The position numbers were made by a program, and so were the translations under genes. This document shows, one piece after another, positions 12,322 to 23,898 of a stretch of 64,000 nucleotides of DNA. Every line of letters begins with the position of its first letter. Position 1 is the stretch's first letter. Under the pieces are notes generated by a model. The model was not told the origin of the DNA. It was given only the letters and a program-made list of their open reading frames with translations, and did not search any database. The DNA is from Octopus vulgaris (lineage: Eukaryota): contig OX597815.1 in assembly GCA_951406725.2 (NCBI GenBank), forward strand, positions 89,900,001-89,964,000, written 5' to 3'.

Positions 12322-12809
12322 TATATTTATTTCATAAATCCGTTTCTTTTGCCTTTATCAGTTTAAACCATTTTTGGAAAACCTGTATTCTTTTGCATTT
12401 TACATCTGAACACATGTTATCAAAATACTCTTCTGCCCAAAAGCGTCAATTATATGTATGAACTATGAATAGATTGCCCTATATGTAATCACTTGGCATG
12501 ACTACACTTTTGAATCTGATACCCATCTTACTAGTCACGATATTGAGTCGAACAGTCAGTTTGCATTGATATGTTTAAAAGGGACTCTGGTTCAGTGTTC
12601 TCTGACGAATTTAACGTTACTAGTGGGGCGCATGTAAATTCCACGGAATGAAAAACATCAGGAGAACCTATTAAAGAAAGAAGGGATGATTTGAATTTTC
12701 ATAGCATTCATAGCTTAGCTTTCTTTAATTACACTTGATGTTCTTCTATATTCATTTTCTCCCTTCTCCGTCAGTGCCCTCCTTGTTTTCTCTTTTTATT
12801 ATATTATCT

Positions 12810-13042
12810 GTTTCTTTATTACCCACAAGGGGCTAAACATAGCGGGGACAAACAAGGACAGACAAACGGATTAAGTCGATGACATCGACCCCAGTGCGTA
12901 ACTGGTACTTAATTTATCGACCCTGAAAGGATGAAAGGCAAAGTCGACCTCGGCGGATTTTGAACTCAGAACGTAATGGCAGACAAAATACAGCTACGTA
13001 TTTCGCCCGGCGTGCTAACGGTTCTGCCAGCTTGCTGCCTTA
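12810..13042 (-). mobile_element. Full-length tRNA-derived SINE with perfect 17-bp TSD
   Basis: B-box gagttcaaatcc; central gcctttcatcctttcagggtcgataaattaagtacca resembles the Meta/MESC SINE domain; TSD tttttattatattatct at 12793-12809 and 13043-13059. Confidence 0.85.
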
Positions 13043-14774
13043 TTTTTATTATATTATCTTTCTGTTGCTCTCTGATCCGTGCTCTATATCTGCACATCCT
13101 TTCTCGGGCAGCTTGCAACCTTTTATCTTAGGCTAAATTAAACCTTATAAGCAAATTCTATTTTTAAAAGCGAACAGGTATTAAATAATTGCAGTTATGC
13201 GCATGCGTTCAAGGGTGGTCACTATAAAAAAATTAGTTCAATAACTAAAAATAATTTTGACTATCAACAAATTACCATCACGACGACGACGACGACAAAA
13301 ACCACCACCACCACTAACAACAACAACAACAACACGACATCTGGATGCTGGCTTTGTTGGGTGGAGTTGCTTATCTCCCCTGTTTGAAACTTAAGGACGC
13401 AGGACACTTGTGGTGCGTAGCCAGCCAGGAACTGTGTTTCTTGGGGCTAAATAGTAGTAGCATTCTTCCCTTTCCTGGGACTGCCACATTAAGTTGGCAA
13501 TAACCCATCACTTTAAAGTTTATATTGTTTTAACAGAAATAATCTCAAAACTAAAGAATACATTCAAAGGTACAAATAAAAATATTATTTATTTCGCCAT
13601 AGTGAGGCTTTATAATATTTTAACGTTTTTCAGTTTTTGGTGATTTGTACAGTGTTGTGCATAATATAGGTACTGTTTATTTAAATGCATAAACATACAA
13701 ATTAAGATATCCACAACAAGTTTAGCTGGTTGAAGTCGAGAGCCCTGTAGTCTTCTCTGAAGAGCAGTCAACAAACCGTGAAATTGCGTCTTGGGAGACT
13801 CCTTCCTACTTTTCCACACATCAGTAACATAGAAGAACGTTTCTGCTTGTATTTCACCACTGTAAAGCATTGTAAAACCGAAATTTATAATAGTTGTTCT
13901 GTCTTATACATTGCTGTACATGAAATATATATGAATGAGAAGCACCCCGTTGTATGAAACGTTGGGACATGCCAGCATATTATTGTCATACCATTTAGCA
14001 TATAGTCACAGTGAGCGATTTAGCTTACGTCTGTCCTCGATTTGGGTACGTGGTATTGATAAGTCACAAAGATGACGAAACATTGTCTACCACTCCTGGA
14101 ACGGGATCTGGCTTTAGTTATCTCGCTTGTATATGATATCTAGGTGTTTTTACGCCAAGCGTAATGAAAAGAAAGTTTTCTCTCATGCGTATAAATTTCA
14201 GCTGCCCACGAACTGTCAAAACGCATACGTTGTGTGTATATGTTCGATATTGTTTATAAAATATATATTCTTGGATTATACAGGCTAGATACGGCAAATT
14301 GAATTTGAACATTGAGAAAACAAAAATGTATTGGAATTTTTTATGTCACATCTTTCCGAAATTATTACATTAATTTCGTCAGCAAAAGACACCTACTTGT
14401 TCACTGGACATGCTTAAAATAGCAACCAGCTGTCACTGAAATCAGTCTTCGCTATCTTAAAGTGGAAAGAGAATAGTGGCCAAATATTGTTGGTGTAATA
14501 GCAGAGGTGTAGTTATCCTGTAGCATTTACTTTCAGTGTACTTACATATATGACGATATTCAAAGGGGTTACTCTGATTATATCAGTTCCAAATCGTATG
14601 AAGTGGATAGCTACAAATATTGTGCAGTATTGTATTGTAATAGGCAATATACATAAGTTGCATACGCGTATACACATATATTTGCATAAATTTAAGAACT
14701 AGAATGTGTTGTTTTTGTCAGTAAATTATATGTGTGTATGTATCTGTCACTCAGTTTCTCAATCTCCCTCTCCA

Positions 14775-14817
<43 letters not shown>

Positions 14818-15330
14818 CTCTCTCACCTTCTCCTTCAATATTTTTATATAGCTTATTTTTCGTAAGAGCTCTTTCGTCAGTTTATGCTATCCTGAATAAC
14901 GGTGATATATAATTTTCAAAAAGAGAACCTGTTCTTTGATGAATTGCAATATTACGAAATTCAAAAGCCAATGATGTAGTATAAATATTCAATAAACCTT
15001 ATACCAATATAACTAAAATGTCGTGTCAACAAATATTAGTTGGATTTCATGAATAACGCGAAAATATATGTAATTTTCTTCGTTTCATTAAGCTTCATAT
15101 TTTGCGATTTTTACAGTAAAGATAGGATTGTAAGCAGACATATCTTCTAAAGGAATCAAAATATATTTGAAAATCACTTCGTTCTTCTATTTTATTACAT
15201 TCATACATTCAAGTGCCTTAGTTTATTTGCGCTTAGATGTGAGCAATATAAGTAAATATGATACAAATATGTTCCGTGTATACATTCATAAATGCACACG
15301 CACTTATACGTACCTATATGTATGCATATA

Positions 15331-15373
<43 letters not shown>

Positions 15374-15396
15374 ACACACACATACATGCATATATA

Positions 15397-15458
<62 letters not shown>

Positions 15459-15635
15459 CATGGTTGACAGTGGTATATAATTTTAGCGGGTACCGTGCTC
15501 GCTCTTGTCGGTTAACAATGTTGGCTAACCTCAGTTAGTTAAATTTTCTATACTCAGTTGATCTCACTGCGGAAAATCCAGATCTCCTCATTAAGACTGA
15601 ATAGTGTCGGTAGAGAAGAAATAATAAATTAATTG

Positions 15636-15910
15636 ATATCAGGAGAATAGAGATTTACTTATCCAAGTTTTACTATGCAGTTAATTACATCCTTTTTGGC
15701 AGGACCTACGCGCGTTTCCGCCGGGAGCCGATGTTCACCGCAAATTGTACATCTCGGTGTTAATTACCAGATGAAGCAGCACCGGTAATTAACACCAAGA
15801 TGCACAATTTGCAGTGTGTACCGGCTTGCAGTGGACACGCGCGTAGGTCCTGCCAAAAAGGAATATGATTAACTGTATGATAAATCTTGGATGTGTAAAC
15901 CTCTGTTCTC

Positions 15911-15917
<7 letters not shown>
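15636..15917. mobile_element. Fold-back pLTR-like insertion containing a hammerhead motif, abutting (TA)n
   Basis: Arms 15636-15768 and 15784-15917 are inverted; GAAA-cgcgcg-TA-ggtcc on minus (15702-15718) and GACA-cgcgcg-TA-ggtcc on plus (15834-15850); GATGA at 15770-15774 lies in the loop. Confidence 0.75.
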
Positions 15918-15977
<60 letters not shown>

Positions 15978-16143
15978 GCTTTTACTTCTCTTACTCCGAG
16001 GTGAAGCTTGGGCACCGCTATTAGTAGAGTTATTTGTTCATTTCCCATCCCTCACTCACTGTGACGTTTTATTAAATGAGAGAATTGGACAACGCCGCTC
16101 TCATTTATGATTCCTGCCATTATGTGATGTCCTCTGTGTTTCA

Positions 16144-16192
16144 TATAAAAGGAGAGTGCAGTGATTGACTCGTCAGCAGTTGACATTCAGTT
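16144..16192 (+). promoter_or_regulatory. Candidate Pol II core promoter (TATA box plus initiator-like sequence)
   Basis: TATAAAAG at 16144; TCAGCAGTT with A at 16175, 31 nt downstream; lies in non-repetitive-looking sequence. Confidence 0.3.
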
Positions 16193-16705
16193 GGAAGGAG
16201 AGCATGCTGGATGTCAATCTCATCGGCTGCAAGTGTTTCAATCTAACGCAAGCACATGTTTCTCAATCCGGTAACAGGAAATGAATATGGACGTATTTTA
16301 TGATATGGAAACAATGGCTCCAGTGAATGGAAAGGAATCACACATTTTTTTGCAAGACAAAAGATGTTCGAAAGACGGCGATCCGATATAAAATTCATGG
16401 TGACTATCTTTTCATCGATAATGGTGTAATTCATCTTGATTTCCTGGTGCTTGGCTGAAACGGAAACACCTAGAAGCTTAAAAGCTATTTGTAGAAAGAG
16501 ATGTACTACAGTGCGAAATCGATCCTCATTCAGTTAGACAGAGTGCGTGAATACCCACATTCGTGATGCATGCAATCAATCTGTATGTGATAGACACTGA
16601 TGCTAGTTACAATATAATGCGATGTAAGTTTATCTCTCTTTTCAATATGTATATGGATATAAACCTCTTCCGATGAATCTAGAGTCTACAGTAAGAAACA
16701 AATGA

Positions 16706-16900
16706 CAATAGTCATGACTATTGAAAAGGTTGCAAGAATGAACAAAAATTTTAGGAAAATAAAAATAAGGAATAACGGGAAATTTTACCGGTGCGTGTGT
16801 TAAATTATAAGGCACAAAAAGAAAATGACTCTCCCCAGACACAACAGAATATGCTTCAACACACGAACTCACATAAACAATCTAACAATCCAAACGAAAA
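16706..16900 (+). mobile_element. pLTR-like repeat with degenerate U3-A8 hammerhead; same family as 41123-41420
   Basis: cta-TTGAAAA-ggttgc...aac-AAAA-at-TT-tag; body ttttaccggtg...ccccagacacaacagaatatgcttcaacacacgaactc is shared with 41290-41380; starts with the 18-bp palindrome caatagtcatgactattg. Confidence 0.65.
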
Positions 16901-16934
16901 ATATATATATATGTACGGGTGGGTGCCGTGTGTC

Positions 16935-16985
<51 letters not shown>

Positions 16986-17194
16986 ACCACATGAATTTAA
17001 TCACACGGATCTTAATCCTCCAAGGTAATTTTTCCAAGGACTAACATTGAACTCGAGATACACAAAGACATTACAATGTATCGGTGTACCTATTTTTTAA
17101 TTTTTGTATAGGTTTATTATTTTTATGCAAAAAACAATGTAATTTTCTTTTTCCCCCCTCCTCAATTATAAAAAAAAAATTCTTTACACCTTAC

Positions 17195-17236
17195 AATTCT
17201 TGAAAAGTCGCATTGCTATGAAAACCGGTTAGAGTT
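17195..17236 (+). ncRNA. Minimal Type I hammerhead ribozyme motif, U3-A8 core variant
   Basis: aattc-TTGAAAA-gtcgcattgctat-GAAA-accggt-TA-gagtt: stem I aattc/gagtt, palindromic stem III accggt. Confidence 0.7.
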
Positions 17237-17384
17237 AATATTAAAAAAAATTTTTTTTTAATTTTCCATACACACATTTTCATTAAAATTTACCTTCATT
17301 CTGCCTTTTTATAAGTTTTCCTTGCGTATCATTTCTCCACGAGCGGTCAACACAACCCCACCATTTATTGATTTATATATATAT

Positions 17385-17533
17385 ATGACAGGCTTCTTTC
17401 AGTTTTCGTCTACCAAATTGACTCACAGGATTTGGTCCCCCACGGCTATAATAGAAGAAACTTGCCAAAGGTGTCACGCAATGGGACTGAAGCCGGAAAC
17501 CTGTGGTTGGGTAACAAGTGGCCACTACACAGC
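17385..17533 (-). mobile_element. tRNA-derived SINE 5' part
   Basis: Reverse complement matches the SINE heads at 20826-20985 and 22726-22882. Confidence 0.7.
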
Positions 17534-19035
17534 TAAACTTACCACTATATTTCTTTAAAAAGAAAGAGAATTAATCCTGGTTCTTTTCTGTTTAATTGTA
17601 CTTTTTGAAATTTTAAAATTAAGTGAATATTTTCAAATTCGATGTATTGATATGATTTTTCACCAGTAAAGTTGAAAAGTGCCAGCCAAACAGAAAAGAT
17701 CCTTAATCCCATCCCGCAAAATCTGTTACACAGCAAACGTGTTTGTAATATAAATATCTATCACGGCTGGTCATACCAATCAGTTTCGCGTATAGAATAC
17801 AATGGAGCGTTAGATAACAAACCGATTATATAACATTGCGCTCATCAAAGTTAGCCGATATTAAAGGTAATATGGCGATTGCTCTCTACTGTTGGAGGTG
17901 AATTAGCACAACCGGTTAGCAATTTCTGTGAAAAAGATGGTGGAACGAAAAAGGTGCCAGGAAATTAGTTAAGTCCCTTGGTTGGGTACGCTGTGAAGCG
18001 GGCAAGAGTTATCTTGAAGTGGGGAGAGTGTGTATTATTAATTTGGTGCTTCTGTGGTGTTGGAGGGTGAGGTGTGCGTAACGGTTTCATATGTATAATT
18101 TTTTCCGGGCGTGTAGGTATATATAGCTGGGTTCGTTAGTCTGTTTTCTTTATAGGAAAGGATAAATCTGTGGGGGGATATGATAGCGTATGGTGTGTAA
18201 TGTGTGTGTGTATATGGGATCTGTGTATATGTTTGTCTACAATTTGCGTGAAAGAGTATTGTTGGGGGTCGAGGGTGAGGGAGAGACAATTTTTCTTGTG
18301 GGGCTAACTAATTTTATCCTTGAAACCGTTGGCAGCCAGAGCCAGGTTGTATTACGGGGCGGCAGCATCACTTTGCTTGAAGACAAGCTGGAGATTCTGC
18401 TCATGACGCCCTTAGCCATGTTTCTGAACGCTATGACTGGATGTCAGGAAACAGTGTTAATGTAAGACAACTTTTCATTCGGTTTCCTAAAGAGCCTATA
18501 GGCACCTAATTCCAGGTCCCTGGTCACATCAAAGAAATCCACCGTTTTCAGTTTGGTCTCTATAGTGACCAAGCTGGTCGATGGAGTTCATGGTGTCTGT
18601 GAGGTCCTTTCTGAGCCTATCTAGCGTGTGGCCCTTAGCCCCACTTGATATTGCCAGCGCGGTGTCCCTATATAGGCCAAAGCTAGTAAAAAGGAATGTC
18701 TGTCCTTTTTCGTATTTCTAAGATGAAGTGACCGACTAGGTCACATATCTCCGCACTGTCAAAAGCATCTACTGCCACGTCGAAAGAGTCCTCTGGGTCA
18801 GTGCGTTTCAGTGCTTACTGAAGTGCAGGCTTCTTCTGGCATGCATGATAATGCGTATGTCCTCATCATTGACTTCAGTAATGGCCCTAGCAAAGTTGAT
18901 AAGGATGGGTGGAAGTCTACCATATCAAATTGGGTAAACCTAGCTCTGTTGGCCTTAAACCATGGAATGACTACATCGTTGTTGCGCTATAGGGCGAAGT
19001 CAGAGGGGTTTTTAATGCCGTTTCTTATCTTCCTC

Positions 19036-19117
19036 CATAATTGTCCACGGGCACATGGCGTAGTGGTTAACAGCGCGGGCTTCTAACAACTACACCATAT
19101 GCCCGTGGGCAATTATG
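19036..19117. repeat. 82-bp hairpin insertion derived from the tRNA-like part of the neighbouring pLTR family
   Basis: cataattgtccacgggcacatggcgtagt / actacaccatatgcccgtgggcaattatg are inverted; the left arm and loop match the reverse complement of 19492-19536. Confidence 0.8.
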
Positions 19118-19288
19118 CATCTCAGACTTTGTCGGGCTTATCAATCTGCATTTAGAGTTAGAGGCTTATGATTTTTTATTGTTATGAAGGCCTCTTTCTT
19201 CGCCAGCATCTCTCTCTTATCATCTATGTCTGGTTTAAAAGCTATCTCTCTGGCCTCCTGATTAATGCTATCGTACGACTGGGGAATA

Positions 19289-20017
19289 TTTAAGAGATGA
19301 GGAATTATGTACATTATTTACATTTGACAGATATTTGTCCTCATCTTGTTTGTTGTTCCGCTGATATACCCCCAAGCCCTCATCAGGTGTCTTGGGGAAA
19401 TTTCGAACCTGGGTTCTCATTCCTAAGATATTTTTCGATTTTTATTATTATCATTCAGGTCACTGCCTGGAATTGAACTCGGAAGCTTGGGGTTAGTAGC
19501 CCGCACTCTTAACTACTACGCCGTGGGCAATTATGGAGTGAATTTTAGGGCTTAAAAATCTAATATTTTCCTATCCTCCTTTAATACTGGTTCCCATATG
19601 CTATTCATACCTGCACTCGGTCTGCTTAGGAGGTTGTTGTGTCCTAGCATATGTGCTGCTTCTTTTAGTTTTCGTATTTTCCAGTGGTGTTCTCTGTCTA
19701 TTATTTTAACTTCATCCCACAGGAAGAGGTGGTCTCCATTTTTCTCATACATGACCATCTATACCCGATTTATCAATATGTCCTCGTGTCACAGCTTTGC
19801 TATGTTCGTCTACCCTTAGTTTGAAGGGGCGGCATGATTCGCCTCTATATAACCTCCCACAGAAGAGAATATGACCAAAAACTGCGTGTGCTCCATCCCA
19901 TGCAGCTGTGGTAGGTTATACAAAGACACCTGATGAAGGTTAGAGGGTGTATCGGGGGAAATATTGTGTTAACAACGAACAAGATAAGGACAAATAGCCA
20001 TAAAATGTAAATAATGT
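19289..20017 (-). mobile_element. 5'-truncated Penelope-like element (Poseidon-type GIY-YIG) with 3' pLTR and inverted 5' pLTR
   Basis: CGRLYRGESCRPFKLRVDEH...WDEVKIIDREHHWKIRKLKEAAHM on minus; pLTR 19289-19550 with CTGATGA at 19380-19386; inverted pLTR copy 19922-20017; TSD-like ctg(g/t)ggaata at 19279-19288 and 20018-20027. Confidence 0.85.
19925..19970 (+). ncRNA. Minimal Type I hammerhead motif in the inverted pLTR
   Basis: gacac-CTGATGA-...-GAAA-ta-TT-gtgtt; stem II is decayed. Confidence 0.6.
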
Positions 20018-20825
20018 CTGTGGAATAGTTCTCCTGTAGGTTTGTGCAATGCTATTGTTAAGGAGCTGTGTGAATATGTCACTACTTACTCTATATAATC
20101 TTTTTGTTTTGTCAGAGAAGAGGATGGTCCTATCAGAAGATTTAAGCTATTAGGTGTCTCTTCTAAATTTATTTTGTAAAGAGTTAGAGGACTTAGAGAA
20201 TCTCATGCGAGTATTATGTTCAACATGTCGTTTTCGAAACTTAGAATTCCTTGATCTTGGGTGGAAACCTCCTGGACTTAAGCCCCAAATATTCGGTTTC
20301 CATTGGTGGTCTGAGTTGATCAAGGTATAAAGCCTTCCATCTCATCCGTAGCAGCTGCTTTGTATAGAGTTCGTTCGGTGATGTTGGGATATTCTTTGTT
20401 GAATATTCGAGGTCGTAATATTCCAAATCCATTTGTAAAGGATATATAAAAATGTAATCTTTGTTGGCTATAAGTCACAAGCCGGGGAGGAACTATTGCA
20501 TTACACTCTACGTTATGTGGCATCGTGTACGTACGTGAGTGGCATATGAGACCATTAGTTAGGGAAAAGATGCACTTGTATATCTGTCAGTAGCGAGGGT
20601 GTATTATCTGATAATATTATATCATCGGCTTGTTACCTAACACTCCATTGTATTCTTTATGTGAAACCATTTGGTAAGACCAGCCGTAATGGATATTTAA
20701 TACTATACATTTCAGATAATATGCCCGCTTTACTGAGAGATATACAAGTGTATCATCTCAATGACTTATTGTCTCTTAGACGATTCATGTATATACATCA
20801 ATGTGTGCGTGTGTATATAAGCGCT

Positions 20826-21180
20826 GTTGTAGCTGTGTGGTAAGAAGCTTGCTTAGCAACCAAACCTTATCCGGCTTCAATCCCATTGTCTCATAACTTA
20901 GGCAAGTGTCTTCTACTATAGACCCAGGTCGATCAAAGCCTCATAAGAGGATCTGTTGGATGGAAACTGAAAGAAACCCGTCATGTATATATGTGTGTTT
21001 CTTTTTTTTTTTTGTTGTATGTTTATGACCCCCATAACCGCTTGACAAGTGGTACCGGTGTGTTTATATACATGTTACCTAGCCTTTGAACAAATTAGTA
21101 CTGATGTCGATACGTTCGAATAAGAATTCTACAAGGCCGTGCCCCAGCATGGTCGCAATATAATGACTGAAACACATAAA
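20826..21180 (+). mobile_element. tRNA-derived SINE
   Basis: gctgtgtggtaagaagcttgc head, ggcaagtgtcttctactata core and ccagcatgg...tgactgaaac tail; homologous to 22726-23170. Confidence 0.75.
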
Positions 21181-21726
21181 ATGTGTGTGTGTGTGTGTTT
21201 GTGTGTTTGTGTGTGTTTGTGTGTTTGTGTGTGTTTGTTTGTGTGTGTGTGTGTGTTGGTGTGTGAGACAGAGAGAGAGAGAAAGACAGAGGGAGAAAGA
21301 GAGAGCGAGATAGAGAAAGAGAGAGAAAGAAAGAGAGAGAGAGAGAGAGAAAGAGAGAGAAAGAGAGAAAGAGGGAGGAAGGGAGAGTATGTATGTGTGT
21401 ATTTGTGTTTCTCCCTCACCACCGCTTGTCAACCGGTGTTGGCTTGTTTACTTTCTCGTAACTTAGCGAGTCGGCCTAAAGGAGCCGATAGAATAAATTC
21501 TGATGTCGAGTATTCGATTAAAATGTTCAAGGCGATGATTAAAACACGCGAAAGATTAAAGGAATATTCGCGCGCGTATGTGTATGTATGTGGGTATGTG
21601 TACATGTGTATATGGGCATGTGCCTTTTTGTGTGATGGACTGCCGCATGACATCCAAGGTCTTTGTCACTGTAACGTAGCGGTTTTTCTGGTGAAAATGA
21701 CTGATGGAATAAGTACCAAACTCTAA

Positions 21727-21929
21727 CCCTTTAGCATTTAATATCACCTTAGCTGGCCCAAATAGGCAACAAGTTTTATGTTCACACTGGCTAGCTCTGG
21801 TCCCTCTCAATTTATAATGTCTTTCAAAAAATATTGACGTCTCAAAGTTATGAGATAATACACGATTAATTAAAAGCAACGTGAATAACCACCAATTATA
21901 TTTGACAGAGTGTTATGAATGCTAAAGAG
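21727..21929. mobile_element. piggyBac-type MITE
   Basis: Terminal inverted repeats ccctttagcatt / aatgctaaagag flanked by (c)taa and ttaa. Confidence 0.6.
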
Positions 21930-22149
21930 TTAATGAAATGAACTAGGGTTGCTTCGCTCAACCAAAACCTTTCGAGGGGACGCTATAATATGGACGTAAT
22001 CCAATGTGAAAAGCAAATGAAAGATAAGAGTGATGTAATTTACAAATTTGTATTACGAATCCCTCGTTAAAATGAATAAATCCCGTAAATGGGATTTTCT
22101 TTCCCGTTTGGCTGCCAATTTCAATTTCTTCAATTTGAGTTCCAACTGA

Positions 22150-23330
22150 TTTCATATTTGGTGTAGTTTTGTATGATAATCATCGACAGTAAATTCATTT
22201 TCACCATAACTCGATGAATAAAGAGTTAATAGCTTTTAAAGTTTTCAAATTTTGATTAATTTTAGCTAATCAAAAACTACATACACATGAGTGCCTGTTT
22301 CCATAGTAACAACCCAAGCTGCTGAGCTACTTATCCCTCTGTTGTAGTCCTATCAAGCCATGTGGTAATTTCTTGCTATTTAAATTCTTAAAACACGATG
22401 TATCAGGTGGTTGTGAGATGTGCTAACAGCTAAACAGGCCATGAATCACGCACCAAATTTTAAAACTATTTTTGGTTTTTACATAATTGTATAGATTATT
22501 GTTTGCAGAATACAAATACGCAAAAATTTTCTAAAATTTCCGATAAATAAAACAGTTATGAAGAGTTATATGTCATGCGTAAATCAGAATTCCGGCAGTA
22601 TTTCATTTATTTACGGTTGACAACACGTACACGCAAGCACAAAATGACGGCTTCCAAATACTGTTTTCTGACTAGGTAAAAATTATCAAATTTTGAACCT
22701 CCGTAACTTTTTTTTTTATTTTCAGGCGTGGCTGTGTGGTAAGAAGCTTGCTTTCCAGCCACATGGCTCCGGATTCAGTCCTACTGCGCGAGGCATTGGG
22801 TCGGTGTCTTCTACTATAACCTCGGGCAGACCAAAGCGTTGTGAGTCGTTTTGCTAGACAGAAACTGAAAGAAGCCCGTTGTATATCTATCTATCTATCT
22901 ATCTATATATCTATATGTGTGTCTATATGTCTGTATGCATGTATGTGTGTATGTATTTGTGTATCTGTGTTTGCCTCCTCCCTCCGTCACTATACAACCG
23001 ATGTTGGTGTGTTTACGTCTCCATAACAAAGCAGTTCGGCAACAGAAATCGATAGAATATGTTCTAGGCTTACAAAGAATAAGTCATGAAGTCGATTTCT
23101 TTGATTTAAAAAATCCTTTAAGGTGATGCTCCAGCATGGCCGCAGTCAAATAACTGAAACAAGAAGGAAAGTAAAAAAAGTGGAGGATATTTTGAGTTTG
23201 GCTGAATTAGCCTCTGAGATTCAGCGCAGAAAATTGTATCATTAGACTAAATTAAAAAAATTTCACTAAACTTTAAAATTTCCAAATAGAAAAGATCTCA
23301 TATCTGTAATTGATATAAGTAGACAAAACG
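22150..23330. mobile_element. Decayed fold-back DNA transposon interrupted by a SINE
   Basis: 22238-22277 resembles the reverse complement of 22663-22710; SINE inserted at 22726. Confidence 0.4.
22726..23170 (+). mobile_element. tRNA-derived SINE with internal microsatellite
   Basis: ggcgtggctgtgtggtaagaagc head, ggattcagtcc B-box-like segment and ccagcatggccgcagtcaaataactgaaacaag tail. Confidence 0.8.
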
Positions 23331-23689
23331 AAATTGATATTTAGGCTGGGGTTCTCTCATATCATGTTTCAATTATGTATTACTTTTCAATAAATGATCC
23401 TCTTTTTTAGTAGTCAGTCACCTAAATATTCTGACTAAAACGATTTTTGAAAGCATTTAATATCTTTTTAAATAAAAAAAGCACGTGGACTCACACCATT
23501 TAACATTGTGTTCTGCTCCACTACACTAACAACAACAACAAAATGAAGACCAAGAGGGAGAGACCAATAACAAAATCACCTTCTACTTAGCACTGAACGT
23601 AGCGACCTCTCTGTTATTGGTACGGCATGTTTCCTTCCCTTCACTCACCCCCCATCTATCACTATGGTAACCGAACTTGTAACCAATAT

Positions 23690-23704
23690 CAACATCATCA
23701 TCAT

Positions 23705-23775
<71 letters not shown>

Positions 23776-23777
23776 AT

Positions 23778-23826
<49 letters not shown>

Positions 23827-23863
23827 ACTCCTCCTCCTCCTCCTCCTACTATTACTACTACTA

Positions 23864-23898
<35 letters not shown>
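23690..23898. repeat. Compound trinucleotide microsatellite (CTA)n/(CTG)n/(CTC)n
   Basis: Directly visible. Confidence 0.95.

Larger units (their letters stand above)
17760..20432 (-). mobile_element. Penelope-like retroelement (Neptune-type), near full length, decayed, with nested insertions
   Basis: N-terminal YSTKNIP...RMRWKA...LGLKSRRFPP; INQEAREIA...EAFITIKNHK; RT motifs QFDMVDFHPS, FDVAVDAFDSAEICDLVG, GLYRDTAL; GIY-YIG-like NVI...LIGMTSR near 17770-17850. Confidence 0.85.
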
